Assembly: GCA_040752415.1 (NCBI GenBank)
Contig: JBFMGU010000107.1
Coordinates: forward strand, 1 to 34,500
From: Myxococcota bacterium
GTDB taxonomy: Bacteria; Myxococcota; JACRCW01
DNA length: 34,500 nt
Reading direction: 5' to 3'
Below are positions 12,501-18,053 of this stretch, in pieces. Position numbers and translations under genes: made by a program. Numbering within the stretch: the first letter of the stretch is position 1; the number at the start of each line of letters is the position of its first letter. Under the pieces are notes generated by a model. It saw only the letters and a program-made list of their open reading frames with translations. It was not told the DNA's origin and searched no databases.

Positions 12501-13917
12501 CGCCGCTGAGGATGACATCCTGATCCGCGACCTGGTGCGGGAGCTCCACGCGCTGGACCGCAAGCCGCTGCTGACCCCGGAGCTGCATCTCTCCGTCGCG
12601 CGCGCGTTGCGGCAGGACACCAAGGCGGAAGGCGCCACCCTGCTCTTCCACGCCGAGCGCGCGCTCGAGGCCGGTGATGACTGGCAGGTGCGCCTGCTCG
12701 CCGTGGAAGGTGCGCGCCGTGCGCCCGACCCCGAGGCGTTGCTCCGCCATGTCGACGCCGCCCTCCCCCTGGCGCCGGATGCACGCATGGCCAGCGCCCT
12801 GGCCGCCGAGGCGGGACGCGTGGCGTTGGACCTGCTGAAGGACAACGAGCGCGCCGTCAACATCGTCTACCGCGCGCACACGCTGGCGCCGCAGGACAAC
12901 ACGCTGAAGGCCATGCTCGCCGAGGCGTACTCCCGCGACCCCTTGCTCGCCGACCACGCGCTCATGGCCTCCACGCACCTCCTCGACGCTGACGCGGAGC
13001 TCCCCGGTGCGTTCCTGTGGATTGCGCGGGCGCGTGCGCACCAGAAGGACCTGCGTCGTGCGGCGCTGAGCGGGGAAGCGCACCGGTTGCTGGGCGGAAA
13101 GGCCACCCTCCCGGAGACCGTGCCCTGGCATGATCCTCGTCGTGGCGCGGACCGTGCGCTGGAGCTCGCCGTCGACGCGTCGTGGGCCGCGCCCGAGGGC
13201 TACAACCACGCGCTCGCCTCCCTCTACGCGCAGCTCTCCGGGGCGGTGCACCAGCTTCGCACGGTGACCTCCGTGGAGGCGCGTCCGCTGGCCGCCGACG
13301 AGGCGCGCGCGCTGGTGGGCGACGTGAGGTTCGCGCGGAGCATGGTGGGCTTCACGTTGCCCGTCGTGGCGGCGTCCGATCCTGGCGCGCACATCGTGGG
13401 GACCACGGCGCCGCAGCTGGCGGTGGGGCCAGACGTGTTCACGGCGCCGGAGGCCGTGCGTCGCGCGGTGCTCACGCTGGGGTTTGCCGCCGTGAACTGG
13501 GGCCTGGAGCCCGCGCTGGTCATGGGCGTTCCCGACGTCACGCGGCTCCGTCAGGCCGTCATGGCGGCCCTGGGCGTGGGCCATGAGAACCACCCGCGGC
13601 TCAAGGCGGAGTTGCAGCAGCTGCAGCGCGCGCTCCGGGGTCGTCCGCTGGAGGCGGCGCGCAACCTGGCGCAGGACCTGGTGAACCTGCCCGTCGAGAT
13701 GGATGCCCAGTGGCTCGCGCAGAGCCGCACGCTCCTGGCGCGCCTGGCGTTCCTGGCCGCGGGCAACCTGACCCATGCCATGGAGGCGCTGGCCGTCATG
13801 GAAGGTGGGCTCGCGCCGTCGCCACAGTCCGCGGAGGCGCTGCGCCTGATGCGCTGGGTCTGCCTGGGCGACGGCGTGGACGGTCGACGCCGGCTGGGGC
13901 TGGAGGAATACCGGTAG
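541..13917 (+). CDS. Giant tetratricopeptide-repeat (TPR) protein (~4458 aa), myxobacterial AgmK-like architecture
   Basis: Uninterrupted 13.4-kb ORF with strong GC3 bias; many degenerate TPR units (e.g. PDRALEALQHAFRADPDDDETVRLL, EPRRAVLCWRKALRLAP); distinct non-TPR N-terminal (~250 aa) and C-terminal (~250 aa) regions. ATG 541 preferred over TTG 502. Confidence 0.88.
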   Translation: MDRSAPSSGRPAGGQPPDRPRRLGFALRFAEGKALLLAKDLPVGDPGTTAADVSLDELALEVPNVRFPLDVTGGAERFQTRRLVVRKAALRASTGAIRALLQQGLVREGWSDLRVQLSAPQLELEAGLTRDGARRGRVLLRLAALPSPPSALDVVVTHAWVLGDAATTSLDAATAVLDALARGESAAGPLVRRLDVTRLAVRELLNSHGWKTPDFSSLREIQLVVETDGVRVVAASETPPTVEDALHQDRLARVLAASSLLVGWSAARGQMAQLRGLLDRVAVHPHALALVADLLMGDPLGREEALAALDEAISRHGETVDLLVARARLDRDDPKHWKRVLDWAQQQGDTALAHGAALAWAEGLPVERAEEALEAYRAASLARPDSGAVALGLAQVSVQAEQWAEAVRAARLAIQLGLSPVDEQVASRCLGLARMAMGDAPGGRRALLRALRHGEDTATLAALGQLSEADGKHGDAVRYRLRAAHAATDDVARAAEIAEAARLTHERLGDAVASVALWQQALALHRSTSWRAAAAKAAWAAGDAELTAQWALEDGGRAPESPELARLAGLALTRMGGREEETLLLLKRARTQDVTADVEVEEATALVRARMGDASGLLALEEKKARTAPAGPQRAEAIAALARQHLDDDALVVPATRLLLDAAQEEPTPARLDEAVAAIQALPVEDATGVIAQLWQESGVHHPVLTNPERARTLAGLWWTHNAQAARPLVTELRSRGALTATDWRAMAASARSQGVVDGEQLALEALAEDDTLNTDEALRLAEVLSSADETDAALKVLVPVALRDGGPAAERAAQLAEEVGQIDTALSVLTAAEQKAEGSAALAWARRARAAAALGERFEEAVAAARRAAALGTGDDADALEETLEVAGDLTALSDVLWERAKTELDVDRAVRAARLEMASGRAASGTVERLRESMEVGLVPNAALWRVLAEAAGSAHDGPTRGQALRATFDDETLPDRERLEAAESLVALELPSVDVAALDDELLASWPAHEPALARRTRREAHANPGAAADDALAVVDALAKRDAALVERLEWLRFAQENAALAEQSENEIKIIEQMLELARREPATAQQHGMDRRGLVLRLAALYEKAGNALEAVRVLSHAEALECPPAERALVFRRIALLEDQKLSRPDRALEALQHAFRADPDDDETVRLLMRTLDAQHRYRELATLHAQRAERGTGTARVAHLVAEGELWARKLGEPRRAVLCWRKALRLAPYSDAPLKHLQDLHRSRSPAAMVRTYLMAARLRGMPEAAPLLEEGGAMLAGLMDRPRMATVVFRAAASGSPPSSSALRALAEVYRALSRPEDAQAALRDLVAAAPDARSRAGARVARAEILAALHRWEDAWDELKAALGEQPQMVSALSLAVEATSRLGLVADYERLSRQRLLHVQDSHQVAEGAVAAGRELIRMMDLPAALRMARMAVEAEADNDDGWRLLLDASAQLSDAVSEAEALGTLSRIWESRDPEAAAGFLGRLAVLRLRSGKRDDAVMALRDALHRDPVAAAKALQSAWDAGLDVPSEIVVDAAEALRARSLSQAAFVLVGRAPDRRNPRLARLMLELGETTLSAEERADLQLLAVADMEAGEARASVLDEAAQFFWESGEKKRAIAAAEQAVQARATVERAGRAFVWAVSDRDWPVVERLAAQAPAESIADVGTELAAAGDLHLLPDVVLERWCEMHPTPMVALQERARRATQRGDADGVKRALTTILETARGTPEGDEAARKLATMSARAGDHEAAVTTSTAIHAPTAQDLLDRADWLSALERWDEELALVEKLLKRTAEVDESALCERAVELARDYLEEPARGVAPCRRWLELQPESRLARAALVELLEAAGNQADAAREVSAWAARQKGVEANALWRRATELARDSGDVSLYVSVAKRAHEVLQEPGSHAALTEALAGAGNVDAVAALAMERAETSGERAHWEEAARELQKIGQHDRAADAWLRAHPDLAPAPVEEEVRQALARAGRRAALADRVYNALDAHPTDVALRHRFLTLASRRQPERIVRAVLDLARLEPSANRSAQAALAALHVGRVADARMYSDEARGRGAPKAFLAQVSVALKPGTWRGARGGAVAPGWLDQGWLRGGVLPATVDVAARPAWVLRALERRATEEEQWTLAAAALSERVLRGEHFTEEDLGKRPWLGRPELVDTLQTLARYAPEAAEAACNLAQQSGPEALAAVARSWAESARSDAAAAQAWDRVAAACAELLDADGQRQALERAQARLATARRARELLQTAQASRDVDAQESLLRSLAQLEPRNAAHWHLERAHLLINLDQMGPAVEAIRAAGPEAELPASAWETVLRGAVLHHDEEVQLAALEALVNGPNEPLALAALHGKAGRWPQALKWTEVAAEEEASIDAVDWMRLEAAQASGDVAWSLRLLAGLAQRGSELARDQLLVLADGAEDAELALRCLTQADGGDVSSALARADAARRGEDVRGLAEALRDARARGVEPSAEALREEAEAWLDAEEDALAAEAALLLARQDANEWSWAQELANDVGGNTAITCADAWTQSQPADGRAWRARQKAHADVHGPAGEADVLEAWANASGDPAIMLEASDALRHAEENARSLKLLRRVAQCGQRALEDIARARLAERAATLGAQPGALDEILALISGAPSDLDLARRACAISEELGETAQAEAAWEVLARHGTGEEQARALMRVADIAHGRGDRSQERAWLRVLLRREPRSVQVHQRLAELEDGAQSLSHHAAVAALSEQRVEALRALRRRATELGADDWTAWAEGALVGAAKTLDVHSPLAEARARAEERTWGLAGAARSWAAAAERSPAAAEALVERAVSAANPEVHALQSALFRRGASGLAIGLWMQAEREWRRSTDADAAVDAWRAAEAYGLDVAPSPELAIVLSAASGNRAAREVVLARVVRDHAKPALRADAARALGVSASRPQDAARWWKTAYELGGRIEDARRAVEAMHRTGQLGGEAELVEKVGRSLGHAPDASARQWLMDVLHDLAAATDDLPLMTCVQAYRQPPRTPGEGDALGALERDAAEHGFPASALMGLVSAARASREHDRLIRYLETSLAHGEARPGPAHLELAELLSSPGTLNPTRALHHAEKACQLMPTDLTAARLRLRMGRTVRDPKRLCAALVHASHLSDAEDTIQLTLEAAEVMASQLDRPRDALALLRSLRVDDPTMAERVFDASMRYAQDAGDPAGVAGMLETRAAGESDPEAQLARVRQAAEAWVSAGEVQRAEQLLIKTARASQAACTFVVETAVGLRKPVFAVAALRARFTTANVEERRELTHAWLDRFSSLEEDKEPRAATRELVELVLAGDPDDIICQWWLAEDAQAEHRWEDAAEHWRALAELSTREEVPTHVAQSLHTAGVAALARSDVMEEAERLAAAQLEANPADRSALEIMLAAAMGRADAAQVASLLLRLASQTTSREEAAWVLREAADWLSGPLNDPAGAADALRSAGAFKPLSPSENERLTELARRAGDTDAELEALRKLTAEDGPQTGARFLRLAELLRDRARDPDEEITALHRALAFPDVAASAAARLAELASSETSLLPWLLEAAPPASSRTAAWSRALTRVAAAEGNAEVAGDAALWLAEHGESSEWAVAARWLAKTERSADSARAYQKAAENDETQRATFLTDAVAQWERANDLSAADGARLALLEHDPGNVATFEALERRFRRSGKLEQLAALARKVAMAQQDAGSRAGLLERAAILMRDGTGDESGALQAFSDSYAADTSRVSCALAVSDLLFRRGDLVEAGRWLERVPSEVDLSVVNISAAELAYRRGAAREAAGGDGREDFRHALELNRNHTVARDALVTACQRHGDPLGAAKALATDAHEPDPAVEPAAYARWILEQGRSLTNAGFPAASTSLLEEAFHRLPGSVELGSALVAATRDEEPARAAQVLMTLARTAPAGRRRATLFLDAVDAWRDAGRAADAARAAVAAHQETPADLSVLWEALSSAAAAEDDILIRDLVRELHALDRKPLLTPELHLSVARALRQDTKAEGATLLFHAERALEAGDDWQVRLLAVEGARRAPDPEALLRHVDAALPLAPDARMASALAAEAGRVALDLLKDNERAVNIVYRAHTLAPQDNTLKAMLAEAYSRDPLLADHALMASTHLLDADAELPGAFLWIARARAHQKDLRRAALSGEAHRLLGGKATLPETVPWHDPRRGADRALELAVDASWAAPEGYNHALASLYAQLSGAVHQLRTVTSVEARPLAADEARALVGDVRFARSMVGFTLPVVAASDPGAHIVGTTAPQLAVGPDVFTAPEAVRRAVLTLGFAAVNWGLEPALVMGVPDVTRLRQAVMAALGVGHENHPRLKAELQQLQRALRGRPLEAARNLAQDLVNLPVEMDAQWLAQSRTLLARLAFLAAGNLTHAMEALAVMEGGLAPSPQSAEALRLMRWVCLGDGVDGRRRLGLEEYR
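13870..13917 (+). repeat. Copy A1: last 15 codons + stop of the TPR gene (DGVDGRRRLGLEEYR*), repeated at 14573-14620
   Basis: Ungapped alignment to 14573-14620: 34/48 nt and 9/15 aa identical, stop at the same position. Confidence 0.8.
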
Positions 13918-13950
13918 AGGACACACCGCTGCCGCGCTAGAACGCAAGCC

Positions 13951-14562
13951 ATGGAGTCCGCGGGTCGCAAGCTGACCTACGAGGAGTACCTCGCGCTCGA
14001 GGAGGCTCTCGGCACCAAGCACGAGTTTCTCGACGGTCAGGTGCTGGACATGGCCGGCGGTTCCCCTCAGCACGCCGCGTTGTCGGCGCGCGTGACGGCT
14101 GCATTGTCACGCAACCTCGGAGCTGGGCCGTGCGTCGCCTTCAGCTCCGATCTCAAGCTCTTCGTCGCGGCGCGCAACCGCGCCACCTTTGCCGACGCTG
14201 TCGTCGTGTGCGGACCGCTGGTGCGGGCGGAGCATGACCGCAACGCGGTGACCAATCCCACGCTGATCGTGGAGGTGTTTTCCGACGCCACCGAGGCGGA
14301 GGATCGGGGCGAGAAGTTCGCGGGGTACGGCACGCTCCCGTCCTTCCGGGAGTATCTGCTGGTCGACCAGCATGACCCGTGCGTCGAGGTCTTCCGACGG
14401 AATGACGACGGCACCTGGACGCTGCAACGCCACGGCCCCGGCGACGTCGTTCGTTTGACCTCGGTGCCGGCCCAGTTCCCGGTGGATGAGCTGTATGCCG
14501 GGCTGGAGTTGGAGCCCCGGGTCCGCAAGCCCCGCCTGGTTCCGCACGCCGGTGAGGGCTGA
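13951..14562 (+). CDS. Uma2 family (DUF820) PD-(D/E)XK putative endonuclease
   Basis: Typical motifs: LTYEEYLALE, KHEFLDGQVLDMAGGSPQH, NPTLIVEVFS, DRGEKF..Y..LPSFREYLLVDQ, VEVFRR. Confidence 0.92.
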   Translation: MESAGRKLTYEEYLALEEALGTKHEFLDGQVLDMAGGSPQHAALSARVTAALSRNLGAGPCVAFSSDLKLFVAARNRATFADAVVVCGPLVRAEHDRNAVTNPTLIVEVFSDATEAEDRGEKFAGYGTLPSFREYLLVDQHDPCVEVFRRNDDGTWTLQRHGPGDVVRLTSVPAQFPVDELYAGLELEPRVRKPRLVPHAGEG

Positions 14563-14572
14563 CCCCCGCCGT

Positions 14573-14620
14573 CACGACGTGGAAACCCGCCGCGAGCTGC
14601 GGCTGGAGGAGTACCGCTGA
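14573..14620 (+). pseudogene. Copy A2: displaced, diverged 3'-end fragment of the TPR gene (HDVETRRELRLEEYR*)
   Basis: Intergenic, begins 10 nt after the Uma2 stop; matches the TPR C-terminus with synonymous changes (cga/cgc, gaa/gag, cgg/cgc, tag/tga). Confidence 0.75.
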
Positions 14621-14628
14621 CCTGCGGC

Positions 14629-14657
14629 TTGCCTGGGCCGGGAGAAGCCACTAGCAG
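14629..14657 (+). promoter_or_regulatory. Possible sigma70-like promoter (TTGCCT-17-TAGCAG) for the GT-C gene
   Basis: Exact 17-nt spacing, but the -10 match is weak. Confidence 0.25.
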
Positions 14658-14711
14658 CGGGGGCGGCGGAGCTTGCGCGTCCCGTGCCCTCCGCCCCAAG
14701 GTTCGCCCGCC

Positions 14712-16208
14712 GTGACGACGACCACCACCGACCCGACCGCGCAGTCCCCCAGCGAGCCGGGAGCCCCTCCGGCGACGACACCCCCGCCCCCGCCCGACGC
14801 TGGCGCACCGTTCGTGCCGCCCATCATGCCCCTGCCCCGTCGGACGGCGCGCGACCGCTGGCAGGACCTGCGCGCCGAGGGCCCGCTGATGATGCTGAGC
14901 TGGGCCGGCTTCCTCAGCCTCCTGGTGGCCGCGGTCATCCAACGCTGGTGGTTCATCTTCCGCATGCACGACCCGAAGAACTTCGTCTGGTCGGACATGG
15001 CGGGCTACGTGGACCGCGGCTGGCGACTGGCCGCGCCCAACATCACGCTCAACCGCTTTGACACGTTCTATCCGCCGGGCACGCACATCCTGATGGCGCC
15101 CCTCTTCCGTCTCGCCGGGAGCAAGGAAAAGGGGATGGAATACAACCAGTGGCTGTGGTGGGTGCTGGCGTTCGTCACCGTGTGGGCCGTGGGGTTCATT
15201 GCGCTGCGACTCTTCCGCCATCCGCTCGCCGGCGCGCTCGCCATGCTGGGGCTGATGCTGCACTGGCCCTTCACCATCTTCACCGGTTTCTTCATGAGCG
15301 AGAGCCCGTTTGCGTGCTTCATGGCGCTCTCGTTGCTCGTCGGGCTCATTGCGTATGACATGGATCCCGCGCGGCCGTGGCGTCGGGCGGGCGTGTACGC
15401 GGTGGCGGGTCTGATTGCCGGGATGGCCGCCACCATCCGCCCGCAGTTCGCCATTGGCGCCATGTTCATCGGCGTGCCGCTGCTCTCGCTGCGCTTCCCG
15501 TTCGTGCGCATCCGGGAGGCGGTGGCGCTGGCGTTGATGTTCATCCTCCCGTGCGTGGGCGCCATGCGGCTCAACAGCCACGCGGCGGGCATCAAGATGG
15601 GCATGAGCGGGAATGCTGGCTTCAACTTCTACCAGGGGCATTGCGACGTGGTTCACGTCGAGACGCACGAGAAGGGCGGCGGGAGCTGGTACGCGTTTGC
15701 GGCGCCGGTGCGCATCCAGCGCGTGAACAACGAGGGCAAGCCGGAAAAGAAGGTGGTCATCAAGGGCCACATGGCCTGGGAGAACGACTACTTCTTCGAC
15801 GAAGGCTTCAAGTGCATCAGGGAGGAAGGCTGGAAGCACCTGGAGCGCATCTACACCAACGTGGAAGACCTGTTCGCGCCCGCGGATCCCTGGCCGCCCA
15901 ACTCCGGTCGCTTCGCGAAGATCAGCAACTGGGCGAACAAGTCCTATTCGCACGGGCTGTTGTTCCTGCTGCCCTTCGTGGTGTTCCTGGCACGGTACCG
16001 TCGGCCGGAGCGGTGGTTGCTCATCCAGCTGGCCACGGTGCTGCCCGTGGGCTTCCTGTTCTACGGCGACAGCCGCTACCGCGTTCCGTACGACATGTTC
16101 GGGTTCATCATGCTCGCTGGCGTCATCGTGGCCATTCTCGGGATGCGTCGGGATGAGCGATGGGTGCCGAGCGTGGGATGGCGGAAACGCGCGCGTTCCG
16201 TTGGCTGA
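14712..16208 (+). CDS. Polytopic membrane protein, GT-C fold glycosyltransferase-like (ArnT/PMT/GT39-like)
   Basis: Multiple TM helices; SDMAGY after the first TM, FYPPG, ESPF, IRPQ, large periplasmic loop, C-terminal GDSRYRVP. Start uncertain (TTG 14673, GTG 14712, ATG 14826). Confidence 0.75.
   Translation: MTTTTTDPTAQSPSEPGAPPATTPPPPPDAGAPFVPPIMPLPRRTARDRWQDLRAEGPLMMLSWAGFLSLLVAAVIQRWWFIFRMHDPKNFVWSDMAGYVDRGWRLAAPNITLNRFDTFYPPGTHILMAPLFRLAGSKEKGMEYNQWLWWVLAFVTVWAVGFIALRLFRHPLAGALAMLGLMLHWPFTIFTGFFMSESPFACFMALSLLVGLIAYDMDPARPWRRAGVYAVAGLIAGMAATIRPQFAIGAMFIGVPLLSLRFPFVRIREAVALALMFILPCVGAMRLNSHAAGIKMGMSGNAGFNFYQGHCDVVHVETHEKGGGSWYAFAAPVRIQRVNNEGKPEKKVVIKGHMAWENDYFFDEGFKCIREEGWKHLERIYTNVEDLFAPADPWPPNSGRFAKISNWANKSYSHGLLFLLPFVVFLARYRRPERWLLIQLATVLPVGFLFYGDSRYRVPYDMFGFIMLAGVIVAILGMRRDERWVPSVGWRKRARSVG
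16146..16196 (+). repeat. Copy B1: near-terminal 17 codons of the GT-C gene (RRDERWVPSVGWRKRAR), repeated at 20337-20387
   Basis: Ungapped: 41/51 nt (32/36 over the first 12 codons) and 14/17 aa identical. Confidence 0.88.
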
Positions 16209-16254
16209 TCCTGTCGTCATCGCGGCACATCCGCGCCCGCTTCGGAGTTCGTCC

Positions 16255-16953
16255 ATGGGCCCGCGCAGCATCGAGGAATTGGTCGTCGCGGATTCCGCGT
16301 GGCCGGAGATGCGCAAAGCGCTGGAGGACGGCGGGGAACGCGTTGAGGTGTTGCCCGCCGGGCCCGGACGCGCTGAAGCAACGCTCCTGGCACTACAGGT
16401 GACAACACACTCGACTCTTGGCGCGTTGGCGTACCAGACGGGCGGAATTCTCATGGATGGGGGATGGGTTCGCCTCCTCGGTTCCGGACACCCGCGCCTC
16501 CCGCGCGATCTTGCGAGCTGGAACGGTCTTGGTGAACCACCAGCGAGGGTGCGCCAGTCAGGCGCGTTGCTGTTTGCTGACGACGTCCTCGGCGGTTTCT
16601 TCGCAATCAACGGCGGCGGGCTGCCGGGTCCAAGCAATCACGTGCTCTACCTCGCGCCAGACACCTTGGAGTGGGAGGAAACGGACCTGGGTTTCACCGA
16701 CTTCTTCTACTGGCTAACAGATGCCGACCGCATTGCGGGGTTCTACGGAGAGGATCGATGGGAGGGATGGAGGGCCGAGCTCTCGAACGTGTCAGGCAAT
16801 CAGGCCTTTTCCTTCTACCCACCCTTGTGGGTTTCTCCCGTGGACGCCGGCAGGAGACCCGCTGCGGGTGAACGCTCGCGGAAGGCGATCAGCGTCGACG
16901 AGGCTTGGCACTTGAACGCGCATCGCTATCCGCAACAACTCGGTCTCCGGTGA
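16255..16953 (+). CDS. DUF2625 family protein
   Basis: GGAG RBS before ATG 16255; family-like motifs LQVTTHSTLGALAYQTGGILMDGGWVRLLGSG, ADDVLGGFFAINGG, YLAPDTLEWE, FSFYPPLW; more A/T-ending codons than the flanking core genes. Confidence 0.85.
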   Translation: MGPRSIEELVVADSAWPEMRKALEDGGERVEVLPAGPGRAEATLLALQVTTHSTLGALAYQTGGILMDGGWVRLLGSGHPRLPRDLASWNGLGEPPARVRQSGALLFADDVLGGFFAINGGGLPGPSNHVLYLAPDTLEWEETDLGFTDFFYWLTDADRIAGFYGEDRWEGWRAELSNVSGNQAFSFYPPLWVSPVDAGRRPAAGERSRKAISVDEAWHLNAHRYPQQLGLR

Positions 16954-17091
16954 CCGGTGACCCGGTTGGGCCGAGCGTCCGTAACGACGACGACGACGCC
17001 GACCCGCTGCGCTCCTTCCCGTCCTCCTCGGCAGCGCGTGACGCCGCTGACGCGATGTAGGGTCCGTGGTGACCAGCCTCCTCCTCGCGGC

Positions 17092-17130
17092 GGGTTCCCG
17101 GTGAAAGCGGTGTGGACGCCACGGGAACCC
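17092..17130. other. Intergenic inverted repeat/hairpin (GGGTTCCCG...CGGGAACCC)
   Basis: Perfect 9-bp arms with additional inner pairing (GTG/CAC, GCG/CGC); no U-tract. Confidence 0.5.
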
Positions 17131-17252
17131 ACACGGCGTTCACTCGCCTTGCGTGAGAATGCTGATAGAGCGCGCGAGCCGATTCACGTCGGAGCGCCTT
17201 GACGCCCGCGCCAACGCATCGAATCGGCATTCCACGTGCACGCGGCTTGGCC

Positions 17253-18053
17253 ATGGCGTGGGGAACGCTCATCTCCGTTGGTTTGCTGGTGGCCTTGAAG
17301 GCGAGTGAGCCAGCCCCCCCGGCGGTGGGCGCCTCTCCAATGGCCGCCACGAAGTGCGTTGAGCATCGCGAACGCATCGGTCACGTCGGTGGGATCCTCA
17401 GCGGTGTCGGTGCGGCGTTGGGCGTCAACTTACTGCTGGCGGCGTCGGCGTTGGCGGGTGGGTGGGTCGCCTGGACGACGCTGATTGCCTGGGAGGCCGG
17501 CATCTCCCCCGCCAGAATGGGGCCGGCGACGTTGGCATGGGCGTCCTTCCTGGGTTTCGGCTTCGCGCTGCTCAGCGCCGCGGCGTTCGTCCTCCTCTCC
17601 GCGCCGTTGATGCTCGCCAACGTCTTCGGGGGCGACTTGGCGGGATGGCTGGTGGGAACGCAGCTGCGCCGGCCGAGCCCACGCAGAGGAGTAGCGGCAT
17701 TCGCGGCTGTGGTTCCCGAGCTCCTCGTCGTCGCGCCGCTGGCGGTGGCGCCCGCAGTCCCCTTCCTCGCGGTTTCGGCAGGCGCGCTGGTTGCCGCCCC
17801 GGCACTGGCCCGGATGGTTCCGCCCCCGGGCTGGTGGGGCTTGGCCGTCCTCATCTGGTTGAGTCTGTACGCGGCCTTCTTCGGGACGATCGTGTTGCTG
17901 TCATCGTCCTACTACCTCGTCTACGGCTTCGTTGTTGCCGTCGTCGCAGCGGCTCTTCTGACCGTGCTGCGGGCAGGCAGCTGGTTCGCGCGCTACTGGG
18001 CCTACGTGCGTCTCCGCGACGTCCTTCCCGGGAAAGGAGGCCCCTGTCCATGA
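17253..18053 (+). CDS. Hypothetical integral membrane protein
   Basis: Signal-like N-terminus and several long hydrophobic segments; its stop overlaps the next start (ATGA, 18050-18053). Start uncertain (TTG 17199 or ATG 17253). Confidence 0.7.
   Translation: MAWGTLISVGLLVALKASEPAPPAVGASPMAATKCVEHRERIGHVGGILSGVGAALGVNLLLAASALAGGWVAWTTLIAWEAGISPARMGPATLAWASFLGFGFALLSAAAFVLLSAPLMLANVFGGDLAGWLVGTQLRRPSPRRGVAAFAAVVPELLVVAPLAVAPAVPFLAVSAGALVAAPALARMVPPPGWWGLAVLIWLSLYAAFFGTIVLLSSSYYLVYGFVVAVVAAALLTVLRAGSWFARYWAYVRLRDVLPGKGGPCP

Noticed and set aside
17085..17135. GGTGAAAG-containing hairpin as a cobalamin riboswitch
   Set aside because: Lacks the B12-box and other conserved elements in the right order; kept only as a generic hairpin.
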